Assembly (NCBI GenBank): GCA_023231475.1
Contig: JALJEE010001605.1
Location: 1-64,000, forward strand
Length of the DNA stretch: 64,000 bases
Direction: 5' to 3'
Origin: Seison nebaliae
Lineage: Eukaryota
The notes below the pieces were generated by a model. That model was not told the DNA's origin. It did not search any database and was given only the letters and a program-made list of their open reading frames with translations. The translations under genes and the position numbers were made by a program. This document shows, piece by piece, positions 13,179-26,400 of this stretch. The number at the start of each line of letters is the position of its first letter. Position 1 is the first letter of the stretch.

Positions 13179-14464
13179 TTATTTGATGAAAGTTTTTTTG
13201 AAGAAATTTTCGTCATAATCTGTCAATTTCACTTTTCTTCTTTTCGTATTATAATTATATCGTCCACGACGTGGATCAGTAAACTGACTACTACAATCAT
13301 CATCGGATGTCCGATCTTCTAAGTTGAAAGAGATTTTTGAAGTGGATTGGATCGATTGTGTTTTCACCAGATGCTTTTCCGGTGGACAATTAACGATAGA
13401 TGTTGATTGACTGAGTGGCACTTTAAATATTGGTTTATTCTGCTTGTAACTTCTCTTTGATTGACTTAGTAATGGTTGTTGACTACCGGTAGAAAGAGGT
13501 CGTGAATTAATAGTTTTGATAGACGATGATCTTTCCACATTTTTCTTTTGAGAATTAGAAAATTTCTTACAAAGTAGTCCAGTTAGAAGACTTGTGATGA
13601 TAATAAATAAAAGACCGAGAATAATTATTATAGAAAGTAAGATTATATTAAGACGACAATAATATTGTGTAGCTGCATTAATTTTCGTGATATTATTTGC
13701 GACAAAGAAGATTTTGATACATTGAATAATGTTTAGTAATTTCATCGATTCCGAATTATCTTCTGTCGATGTGGAAAGATTCATAAAGATATTTAATGTA
13801 GAAGTTGTACTTGTAGTACTAATTGTAGTAGTGGTTGTGGAAATTGATGTGGTTGTTGTTATTTTGGTGGTGGTGGTGATAGTGGTTATACTTGAAGTGA
13901 TATTAATGAGAATTGTTGAAGATTCTTCTTGATCGATCCAAATATCTTGTTCGACTTGATGCATTTGTGCATTGTTCACTAACAACACACAATCACAATG
14001 CCAAATTTTGTGATTCTTGTGATTTGTTTGATCAACGATATGTAACTTGAAATATTATCTGTTTTTGAATGGATGAATGAAATTTTAATAAAATAAACCT
14101 CAAACAAATGCCAATCGGGACCAAAACCACCACCATCATTATTCAATTCGATGGCACGTAAAGTACCGATAGGAGTTTTCGTGTCGATTTGTAACTCATC
14201 GAATTTATTTCGATCAAATAAAGCTCCAGCACCTGATATTGTTATCGATCTGGAACCAGAGTCACCATAGAAAGTAAAAGTTATCGATGCATCGCTACCA
14301 GCACTATTATCGGAACCAGTGAGGACTTTAATTAAATATATTTCACAGGAACTATCAAGAATATCTATTGGAATGAAATTATATTCTAAATATTTTTAAA
14401 AGAAGAATCGATAACTTATCACCATAATTATCATTTGAATTAGACGAAAATAAATTTTAGCCAT
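13179..14464 (-). CDS. PLAT/LH2-domain single-pass membrane protein with a Thr-rich stalk
   Basis: ATG 14464; introns 14415-14365 and 14098-14046. Exon 2 reads YLIKVLTGSDNSAGSDASITFTFYGDSG...FDRNKFDEL...IGTLRAIELNNDGGGFGPDWHL, the PLAT consensus. It is followed by a T-rich stalk, a TM helix (IILLSIIIILGLLFIIITSLLTGLL) and a Ser/Lys-rich tail. Confidence 0.85.
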
Positions 14465-16037
14465 TACTATCGTGGTTCCTTAGTAAATCCATGTTCATTC
14501 GATAAGTATTGTATGTGAATTGAACTTGGAGACGTTGTTTGCTTTAAACTTTATTGTTCGATAAGGAATGAGTGAATTACTTGAAAATCACTTCAATAAA
14601 AGTTTAAGTCAATATTCAATTATCGACTTAAACTGATTTTGGAGGTGGAGAATTTCTATTAAAATTTATTTGTTAATATAAATCGATTGTTTGTATTGAT
14701 TATGGTCGTAAAGGAGAGAATGGAAAAAAATATTGTGAAAGAATGACGAAAGTGATATAACTTGAAAGGAAAGTTTTTTTTTGTAATTACAAAATATCTT
14801 TTATTATTATGATATGGATCTCTTAAAGGAATATCACAATAACATAATACTTTTTCTTATTACCTCTTCATAATTCTCATTTTAATAATTATGTTCGGAA
14901 AAAGAAAACTTACAAATTTCCTAATTTTCTGTAGTGGACAGAACCAGAACGAATTTTACTACACGTTAGTTCGTATATGCCGTTGGGAAGGAATTTCAAT
15001 GAATTTCAAGAAGGTATTGCTTTAAATAACACGTTGTCGATTCTACTATTCGACAAAACGATTTTTCTTTTATTAACATGATATAATGCTATAAGCGTGC
15101 GACGAAAGTGAAACATAAGAATAACCACCAAAAGTTGTTGTATGACGAATCCGTACAACATTCCATCAAATGATTTATAATGACGAGTGTCGAATAAAAG
15201 ATCTCGAAAAAAAAAAGAATTAAATATTTCTATTCAATCACATAATGATGATGAGAAACAGTAGAAATAATATCCATATAAATACTCATTATTTAAAAGA
15301 AGAATTGAATTAAAATGGAACTACATCTCATTTAGTCATCTCTCCACCTATTGACGATATAATATTGTGACATGTTTCATTAGTTCGATACTTGAACTTT
15401 GTTTCCAATAAGTATAAATTTCGAGGTAGAATTTTTTTCATCTCCTCTAAACTCTTCTCACAATACATTGAACTGAAATGGAGAACGACATGAATCCCAA
15501 ATATTTATTGTTTGAAATTTCTACTCTCTCCCTTTAAAAGAAACTATTCGGAACTTAATTCTAATTAACCTCCCAAAATAGAAGGGGAAAAGGTACGAAG
15601 GGAGGGGGAATGTGTTTATCTCTGATCTGATCGTTAGATTTCGCTGCTAGAAATATTCGTTAAGTGAAAAGTTCTCCAATTGATTTCCAATTGTTTTCGA
15701 AAGGTCTTTCCATTTTCCTTCGTTCTAAAAGTTCTTCCACATCATTTCGTTTTGTGATAAGAATTTTGAGATTTTATTATTTTCATATATAGATTTCGTT
15801 TTAAAATTTATTTATGAGTATAAAAATATAAAGATGAAGAAAACGAATGATAAGAGTTGTTATTAGAACGATAAGTATTATATCCGAATGATGTGAAAGA
15901 ATATGAAGAAGTTGCTATTTTTCCTTGTCCAGAAGTTGTCCATTCAATAAAATATTTTATGTTACCAGAGAAGACATTTCTCACAATTTCCCGTTAACTA
16001 AAAACTTCCCCGATTGTTAATTCCATTTAGCTATTTT

Positions 16038-19000
16038 TCACGTACAATAAATGATCTTACTTGTATCATCGTTCGCTTTCTTATGTATGCGCTTCTGAAC
16101 ATAACTCCATACAGAATTGGAAACTGTCGAATTCTTTCTATTTTCTTCTTCACATTCCTTTTTATCAACATTCTTCTCGTTGTTGTTATTCGCCATTGGA
16201 ACGGCAAAACGACCGGCTAATACTGAATTAATAAGAGCCATTTCTGTGTCTTCATCTTGACGTTCGCGTAGACCACCTGTTGCCAAAGTGCAGCTACCAT
16301 ATTGATTATTCGCATCATCAGCCATCATTTTATTTGATTCATCCAAATGCTTCATGAGAACAGCTACCACAACATTAACTAATACGAATTGTGCCATTAG
16401 TACGAAAACCAAGAAAAAGATCAGACTCACAATGCGATTTGCACAGCAATTATTCTCACATGTCGCACTATCATCACAACCTTCACGTCGTAAGGCATCC
16501 TGGAAAAAAATTTATGAAATATTAATTTATTTTAACCGAAATTCTATTCGACTAACTTTCATAATACTATTCCAATTGTCACCGGTGGCTATACGGAATA
16601 GAGTTAGGAAGGCCATACCGAAATCTTTGAAGTTCGCATGTTTATCTAATCCCACACATGGATATACAGGATTACCACAATGTAATTTCCCAAATAATTC
16701 AACTCCCAAAGCGGCGAAGATAAAGAATAGAAGGAAAAATAAAAGTCCCAGATTTCCTACTTGAGGTAGCGCTTGAATAACTGTATCTAATAGTGCTCGG
16801 ATACCTTTGGCCATTTTGAGCAATTTTAAAACTGAAATAATTAAGTTTAAAAAAAAATATATAGAATCATATATAATTTTATAAAATTAACCGCGTGCTA
16901 TTCTTAATACTCTCATTATTCGAATGATTGTTGGGTTAATAGGAATATGTAATTTTGTACTTCCCGAATTAATCTGTTCAAGAATAATACCACCAATGGA
17001 CAAAAGGACAATCATCATATCCAATTGATTCCATCTAAAACATTTTTTTAAATTAATTTTCCTAATATTTTTAAAATGTTAACCGATCAGATAAATAATT
17101 TGATAGTCCAAGTGCGACCAATTTCATTAACAATTCGATGATGAAAACTGCGGTAAAAAAGTAGTTGAAGATATTGAGGATACTTTCTAATTCGTTTGAC
17201 ATTCGATAATATTCCAATGACATTGTTACTACATTCAATCCAATTACACCAGCGATAACTAAATCCAAATATTTTGAGGCACAAATTTTATATAATTTCA
17301 ATCTCCATTTCGAATAATGGACCCAAAACGGAGCTTCTCTCATTTCTGATTGAGTTGAGAAAATTATTGAAGAAACTATTTTAACAAATAATTCGAAAAT
17401 AACTTAATCTCTTAATTTCCAACTTCCTTGCTCTCTTAGCGGCACGTTTAGCTCTCTCCTGTTTCTCTTGTTCCTCTCGACACTTATGGAAATTCTCCAC
17501 CACAACACCAACGAACATATTCAGAACAAAGAACGCCACCAGTAATATGAATGAGATGAAATAAATTATCATAAAAGTATTATAGTTCTCTTTCGGTTGC
17601 AAGTCGACACCACGAGCATCAATTCCATGATACATGATTTGAACCCATCCGTCTTTGGAACTCAGCACAAAAAGAGACATTAAAGCCTAATAATATTCGA
17701 ATCGATTTTAATTAATTTTAAGAAGAATTTTAAAAAAGGTTTAACTTGTCCTAAATCATCGAAATTATATCTGTGATTGATCCATCGATATCTCGTATTA
17801 TTATTTGCAATGTCAAAACAATCGTTCTTTGTATCTACATTCCATATCATTGGTCCACCTTCACAATGGTAAAATTTCCCTTTGAATAATTGAACTCCAA
17901 GAATACCAAATATTAGATAGAATGTTCCACTAATCAATACGATATTACTAATCGGTTTCAATGATGTTAACAATGTTTGAACGACTAATTTGAGTCCAGG
18001 TGCTCGACTTATAACTCTCAAGGGACGAAGTGTTCGTAATAATCGGAAAACTCGGAGCATGTGCAATATTCGATTGTTGTTGCCACTCAACATAGTCAGA
18101 ACGATATCAACGAGAGAAATAGTTACAAGTAATCCATCCATGAAATTCCATCCGTTTCGGAAATAAGCATCCTTATTCAAGAAGAGTCCTTGAGCTATAA
18201 CTTTTATTGCCATTTCCACAGCGAAGATAAACGTAAAAATATAATTGGTCACATTTAAAAATTCACGTTCTATACTTTGTCTGGGTATACCCGGTCGTTC
18301 CATTGCCAACGTTATACAATTTAATGCGATGAACAATAATATTGTGTAGTCGAACCATTTGATCGAGAGTAGAACTTTACAAAGATAAACCAAATAATTA
18401 TTGGGAGATAAGAGAAATAATGAATAATTTTGTCTTTCATTATAAATCGTTTTAATTCGTTGGAAAATTTTATATTTGTTACCTGAAGTTATTGATGGTG
18501 TTTTTGGTTTCAATTCATCCGAATTCGATTTCTTCAATTCATCGAAATTTGATTTCTTCAATTCATCCACTTCATTCGAAAGATATTCGTTATTCAATGA
18601 ACAATCTTTTGAATATTCTTTTCCTACGTTTAATGGAACATCTTCTTGCTCGTCATTTTCATCGATAATACTATTTTGCAATGAGGAACCTTGGAAGTCA
18701 TTTGTCAAATATTTTGATGATTGATCTCCGAGAAATCCCTGACTCGAACTACATTGACTGGTAGGCGAATAATCGGAAGTATTCTTCTTAATAATCGAAC
18801 TTGAGCAATCGTCGATATCTTCGTCATTCATAGGAGCAATTGGTGCGATGGCTGATTGAGATGTATCAAATAACATTGTCATATTTGAATTAAACAACAG
18901 TCCATTATGTTTCTCCAATTGATCCCATTTCGTTATCATACTCATCAATTGGACAGATGTCTTTTGTTTCGATCTTCTTCGACTACTTCCTCCATAACGA

Positions 19001-22000
19001 CGAGAACTGTTTATTAATGATTGCCGACGAAAATCTTTCAGTTTTTGATGAGAATCCATCAGTGACGGAAATTTTAATAAACTGGATAAACTGAGACATT
19101 TAAAATTTTCCGCTTGCATCTTTGCGAAATATTCAATTCGTTTCTTATTTTTCTCCTTCTGACTATTATTCTCCTCTAAATATTTTGTTCCTTCTAAATT
19201 GTCATGAGAAATTTTCGGTTTCGGAAATTTGATTGTCATATTATTTGGCAGGGCTAAACTACTACTGCGTTGTTTCTTCTGCAAAAGGAAACTATTCTCT
19301 TTATCAGTTTTCCCATTGATTTTCGAAGTTTTTTTCGGACTAATAAGAATTGATGTCTTGTTCGATAATCGACCAATATCTTCCTCTTCATCTGGTGGAT
19401 AATATGCTGGCATCTTCTGATTAGATGTAATTGAAATATCGTCATTAACTGACGTTATATCTGATTTATCATCACCCTAAAATAAGAAAAAATTTCAAAT
19501 AATTTCAAAATTCCAATTTAATAAATAAAACAAAACATGTTCACTGAATCCTTCAACCAAAATAGCAACCAATAAATTGAAGAGAACATAATTCCCAAAT
19601 GTCATAAGAGCAATGAAATAGATTGATGCCCAGGCTGAGGTTCGATTCATCCCATCATACAATACTTCATTCCAATCTTCTTGAGTTAATACTTGGAAGA
19701 CTGTAATGATGGCCCATAATAAAGAATCAAAATTTTTCCGAGAACATTTCCGTTTTCCATCCGCACGAATATTACAGAATTTACAACCAAACAAATGCAT
19801 ACCTAATATACTGAAAATGAAAATGAATAAGATGAGTAGAGCGAAGAATGTCGCCACATTATCCATCGTTCTCAGCATGATGATAAATTGCCGTTTAAGC
19901 GCTGGAAGAAATCGAACCAATTTTAAAATTCTCATTAATCGAAATGTTCGTAAAACTGAAACGCCACTCGTTTCCAAATCACTTTGAATTTTTTTAAATA
20001 TCTCATAAATACTAATGATAACAATGGCTCCATCGAATAGATTATATGGATTCTTCAAATATTTAAAAATTCCAAATGCCAATACTTTCAATAACATTTC
20101 TAAGGCGAATAATGCGGTAAAGAAATAATTGCTGACTTCGATAATATTTGTCAAATATTCCGGCTGTTCATGATGTTCGATACCCATCGACAACGAATTA
20201 ATGACGATTGAGATGAGAATGCCTCTAGTGAAGAAACTGGATTCAACGAAATCTTGTAATTTATTTTGAATACATCTCCAAAATCGATTGAAAGCACTAA
20301 ATATTTGTCTGAATTTCATTAGGAATTTCGAGAATAATTTCTTGCAGATATTAGTCGATTGAAATTCAAATTGAACTTGTCGTAATTCTTCCAATGTCAA
20401 GTCGGATGTGAAAATACAAATGAAACATTTCATTCTCATACTCGAATGACAAAAGAGACAATCTTCTAAATCTTCTTGAGACGTACAAGTCTTACAACAT
20501 TTACATTGTCTTTTCAGCGGACTACAATTACAGAATGAACAATTGAGATTCTGGAATTGATTCTTATTCATTTGATCGATAGTATTTGTTATTTCACTCA
20601 GATCGTTCTTGTGATTATTACAATCATTATCATTTCGTTCACTCAATTCATAATTTAATAAATTGGAAGATCTTAAGAGAATATGTGACAATTTGAAACG
20701 TTCCATTGTGGATGTTTGACTATTAATATGTTTGATGACAACATTTCTCATATTCTGAATTGTTTGACGATGTTGACAACAGAATAATGGATAAGCGATA
20801 TCTCTGTCACTCTCCTTCGGAAAGTATTTGATCGATGTAATGAAAAACAATAAATGTCGATGGTCGTCACAACTACCAATATTATATTTGTTTTCGATTG
20901 TCCGATAATGTTTAGCTGTCGACAATCGATGATATTCGAAGAATGATTGAGATTTTTTTGTATGAAAATAAGAAAATCTTTCTTTGAAATTCGTTCGCAT
21001 TAAATTTATTCGAGGAGCCAAATGCGCTTCATATTGTCTTCTTGTCATTCGTCCAACATTCCTCAATAAATGAGCAAAATATTTTATAATTTCTTGATAA
21101 CATGAACCGGGATTTTGATGATCATTCATCGTTGATGTTGAACGAAATCTGGCACGTTCTGCTAACATCCTTTCTGTTTCTCGACGTTTAGTTTCACTGA
21201 ATTGTGTTGCAATTACAACTAAACATAAATTTAACATGAAGAACGCTCCGATGACAATTAATAGAACGAAATAGATCCACACCCAAAATGAATGAGCATC
21301 TTGAATATAATACATGATGTTGACCCAACTCTCCAAACTGATGATTTGGAAGATTGCCACCCATGCTAAACCAATATTGTCAAACGAAACAGAACCACGA
21401 AATGGATTTTTGTCACTTTCTCGACAATCTGAATAAAACTTATTCCAATTGATACAATCCGTTCGTACTATTTTGCTTTCATTCAAATATGATAAATCAG
21501 TGGAAGTTAAATGAGTTGGATCACGATGATATCTCCGCAATCGATTCTTACTATTATTATTCATAATGATTGATGATGGATTCGTCGCATTATATGTCTC
21601 CGATATGGAAATATTGTCGAATTCACTTATTTCTTCAGTCGTCAAATAAGGTGTGGTTGTCGTTTCATAATTTGCAGTTTGAGCAGATTGGACACTTTGC
21701 AATCGAATTGATTCCAATTTCTGTCGCAAATATTCGACAATGGATAAATTATTGATTTTGGAAGATTGTAATGTTCCGTTACAAATTATTTTATTTCCTT
21801 TCTATTGTCATTGAATGATAAGAAATGATGCTGGAGGATGGAAAAAAATGAAGAACCTGTTGAAATGGTGGTATATCCGAACATGTACTCATACCAGCAT
21901 TACCGGATAATGAACAGACGAAATCGGCACCATTTGGTTTATAATAGGACGGCATCATTAATTCACTGAAAGAATTAAGAAAGAATGAAGAGATTGGGAA

Positions 22001-23492
22001 GAAGAGAAAGGAGAAACCGGGGTGGATATAGAGAAATATTGAGAACTTGAGGCACATTGAAGAAACATCTACTTCTGAGTTTACCTTTCCATAATTGAAC
22101 ACCAACAATTCCAAATATAAAGAACACAAAAAAACATAACAACAATACATTCCCCAACATGGGAAGAGTATCCAATAATAACATGACTAAAATCCGCATA
22201 CTTGGTACGCGGTTAATCGCTCGTAATGGACGAAGCACTCGAATTGTTCGAATCGCTGATAAACTCAATTTCTCATTACTCTCTGAAATGAAGTTCATCA
22301 CATATTCAATTGAACCAGCGAGAACAATGAACATATCTAAACGATTCCATGTATCAGCCAGAAATGTCTTCTTTCCACAGAAACCCATTGCCAGCATTTT
22401 GATTAACATTTCGATGGTGAAGAATGCAAATATACAATGGTCTATATTTTTCAAGAATGTACATCGAGTGTGACACACATGATTCGCTTCTTCACACGGC
22501 TGATACATTCCCAGCGTTATACAATTGATCAGAATTACAAACATACTCAACCGCTCTAACCACGGTGATGTTATCATTCTTAGACAATATGCACGAAAAA
22601 AACTTTGTTGGTCGAAGTAGACAAAAGAGTATTGTACAAATCCTGGATATGGTAATTGATTTGAATTATTACTAATTTTATTCAATTCGATATGGAGATC
22701 TCGAAATTCGTCATCATCATCATCGTCATCATCTTCGTCATCATCGTCATCTTCATCATCGTCATCATCCTCGTCATCATCATCATCGTCATCATCTTCG
22801 TCATCATCATCATCTTCGTCATCATCGTTATTTCTGCCATTATTACTGTCAAATTCAAAATGATGATTTCCCAATTTATTATGGTATATGTTATGTTCAT
22901 TTTCAACTCTTAGCAATCGAGAATTCTCTACTGAATGCGATCCGGAAATATCACGACTTGTTAATCTATTTTTTGACAATCTGTTCGTCATCGCATCAGT
23001 GAACATATCTTCTTCTCCCGAGAAACATTTTTTTATAATTCGAGGCGTTGTTGTTTTGTTGGACATAGATCGATTACAGGAATGTTTCGGATGTTTCTTT
23101 CTTCTTAACGAGAGATGCTCCGAATTATATGAAGCTACGTCGGGAGAATGATAAGAAAGTGAACTGAGTTTCTTCTTCAATTTCACTTGCTTACTCGCCA
23201 CTACATCACTGAGTTGGGGAACTTGAATCGAATGTTTAGAATTGGTGGAGGAAGTAGATCGAAGGTTGGATTGAGATAAATCTAAATTTCGCAAATCGTT
23301 CTCAAATAAAGATTTCTGTTGCAAGGAAGCTCTATCATTATATTCATCATCATTAATTACTATACTTGGAATGCATCGGTGCATGGTGCCAGTTCCACTG
23401 CTGTTCATCATGGAATTGCGCAATGGATCGTCACGCTTGATGGAACGAGGTGCATGTGATGTTGTGCGAAGACTGAATTTGTGATGTTTCAT
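16038..23492 (-). CDS. Voltage-gated T-type calcium channel alpha-1 subunit (Cav3 family)
   Basis: Four S1-S6 repeats with R/K-rich S4 segments. EEDD filter (SLESW, TQEDW, SKDGW, TGDNW), gating-brake-like [14 protein letters not shown] and C-terminal [12 protein letters not shown]. Introns 22017-21966, 21856-21802, 19536-19477, 17745-17687, 17403-17346, 17083-17035, 16891-16832 and 16556-16500. The N-terminus may extend further upstream. Confidence 0.95.
22708..22827 (-). repeat. (GAT/GAC/GAA)n coding repeat encoding a poly-Asp/Glu tract in the Cav3 N-terminus
   Basis: Seen directly; translates as [14 protein letters not shown]... Confidence 0.95.
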
Positions 23493-26400
23493 TATAATTC
23501 TGATTAGAGGGAACTATATATGTCTATTGCATCACAAAATTTCAGCAACGATTTTTTTTATTTTTATTAATATTAATCGATTTCTATTAATTCACCTCTA
23601 CATTTAAATCGTGATGATTTAGTTTCTTCAAATATTTCTCTTTCTCTTCTCGTCCTACAATTAATGGAATTAGCGATGATTGCCATGTTTGATAGAGACA
23701 GCCATCAGTATATCGTGCTACCAAAGTGAGAGTGCAAGAAATAAAAATCGATCAACAGAACTCTGCACAGTTAGGGAAATTGGTGCAAATGAGAAATTAA
23801 TGAAATATAAAATAATTTTTTTTCGAAATTTATTCCTATTCATCTGAAATTAAATGAGAGGTGTAAAAGATGAATAGAAAAAAAAATATGAATATTCAAT
23901 AAATTCATTAGTTTCCTCCATTCTTTTATTTACCGTTTTTTTCTCGCCAATATTGTCAAAATATTATCACTAGACTTTCTAATGTTTCCAATTATATACC
24001 ATATCTCTTTGAGATGAATAGAAGATGAATATATCACGTACATATGTTTGATACAAACATGCACAAATATTTTTCCTCGATATTTTACCTTTTTCAATTC
24101 CTTTCAACTTTTCTTCTCAATTTCTACTTTTCCACTTAACCAACTTTCTCATTATTCTAATCGATTAGCAAAGTTGTGAAAAGGCACCTATTCTCCCATT
24201 ATTATTATTGGGTAAATGCGATTGACAGATACGTAGTTCAATCAACACAAATATATGTCAATGAAATCGCATTTTATTCGGAACGGAATCCTCTAGGACA
24301 TGTTTGGCTATTTTATTTTTAAACTAATAATTCAATTTATTAAATTTTCATTCCTCTTCAAATTACGTCATTCATATATGGAATAAAATTTCCTTTACAT
24401 CTACCATCAAAGTGCTGACCTCATACAACGACTCATCTTCCTATTAATGCAAAGAAAGTTGACCTCTTCTATCATAGAAGTTCTATGAACATTCCAATCA
24501 TTTGATAACAAACTATATGGGGGGAATGTTACAACTTCGACTCTTCAAAAGATGGAACATTCATCTAAAAATTTCTATTATAATTTTTCTATAAGTTAAG
24601 ATTAGATTTGATTTCTCCATCTTCCGTTTAACTTTAAACGGTAAACTTTCGCCAATTATTGCCATTGAGGTTTAGTTTATGAAAACAATTTAATTATCAT
24701 CATATTAATCATTACAGTTTTACGTTTGAACGGTTGCTGAACGATAAATGTGAAAGTTGATATTTAAGAAATCTGAGAAAGATTTCCAAAAAATCTTATA
24801 ATATCATTATAAGGCGTATGAATATCATTGTGCTGAACATTATCAAAACAAATTTTGAATGTGAAAATGAATGAAAAAAATTAATTAGCACCTTTTACTC
24901 TTTACTTCACAGGTAATTCGTGCTCTAAAATTATAAATAAAGACAAAACTGTTATGTAACATGTCAGTAAAAAAGTATCAAGCGAAAATGGTCTAACGAT
25001 TCAAAATAGGAAAATGGTAAAGTTCAATTTTTTGGGGCTAACGGACTTTCTTACTTTTTTGGACAATTTCCCGTCACTCGGGAAGAAAAGTCGGAATTCG
25101 ATGTACTTCAATATTTTTTTCTGGGTGAATATTGAAAACAAAAAACAGGAAAATTTCAGTTAATTAGATTTGGGTTGATAATTTAATTAGCCATAATTAA
25201 TTGGCATGAATTCAATGATGAATTTATTAAGCAAATCTTGCACAAAAACAAATTTTGTTTCGAAAAAACAATAAATTCAATCAGTCAGAAACAGTTTAAT
25301 ATATCAATTTCATATTGAAACTCAAATTATAATTCTCTTAACAGAATGTTACTAAGCAATAATCAAAATGGAAAACTCCCAATAAATAAATATGAACTGT
25401 CTATGTTTTTGGTTGTTGATCTGATAAACATCTTCTCGGAAAAACAAAGGAATTAAAATTAGAATAAACTTATAGTCCGAATGTTTTTCCACAAATAATA
25501 CTTAATACTTTGAAAGAAAATAAATGAAATGGAAAATTACCATTTGTATTTTTAGTCTTGAAAGATGTTCGATTAGTGGAATGAAAGAAAAGTCCGGTAA
25601 TCATTCTTCCTTGAAGATGTAACCAGAAAAATTTCGATGAGGTAACAGAATTTCTTGAAAAGAATCTGTCACGCGTAACTAAGGCAACGATAATATACTC
25701 ACCTCTTCTGCATCGTTATTTTCATCATAATACGAATAGTGCAAATGAAATGAACGGATGTTAATTACTTCCAATAAACATCAAGTAGCAAAGGAACAAC
25801 TAACTCAGGTAAGCATAATACCTAATATTATGAGAAGTTGGATTAAATTTAATGATATTATCGACGGATGATTTTTTTCGTTTCGTTTTGTAAAATAGAA
25901 GATATTTTATATCATCCACTTTTTCGTTAGTGTTTAACAAGCAGCATTCAGTTAAACCTTATCCTCTTCGTTACTTGTCAACCAAATAAAAATAAAAGAT
26001 ATCCGGTATTACCTTAAGTAATATGTCAATTAGTTAATGTAAAAAAAACACAAATTTCCCACGATCATCAATATTAAGAATAGTCCTTACTACATTCAAT
26101 ATAGATATTCAGTATACTTCCTTCTATCTTCCAGTTGGCGTCCGTCTAATATCATCATTGCTTTCCAACCTCACGCTTCTTGAAAGTAATAGTGATGTTA
26201 TTGATGAGAATAAGGTTGGTAATGGATGGAAGAAAAAAGAAATAACAAGAAATTAATTCGGAGAAATATTGAATGAAACACACTAATAATGATTCAATTC
26301 AGATGAGAGGAAATTTGAAGGGGAATACTTTCATTTCTTTATTGAAATTTATTTTCGCTTATTAAAATACCCACACATCGACATGACACCACACAAGTAA

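Noticed and set aside
15034..15160. Two short hairpins (TTGTCGA/TCGACAA and TGTTGTATG/CGTACAACA)
   Set aside because: No recognisable ncRNA motifs; stems this short are expected by chance.
18511..18570. 24-bp tandem duplication in the Cav3 II-III linker ([19 protein letters not shown])
   Set aside because: Ordinary slippage in a disordered linker; not a mobile element or CRISPR-like array.
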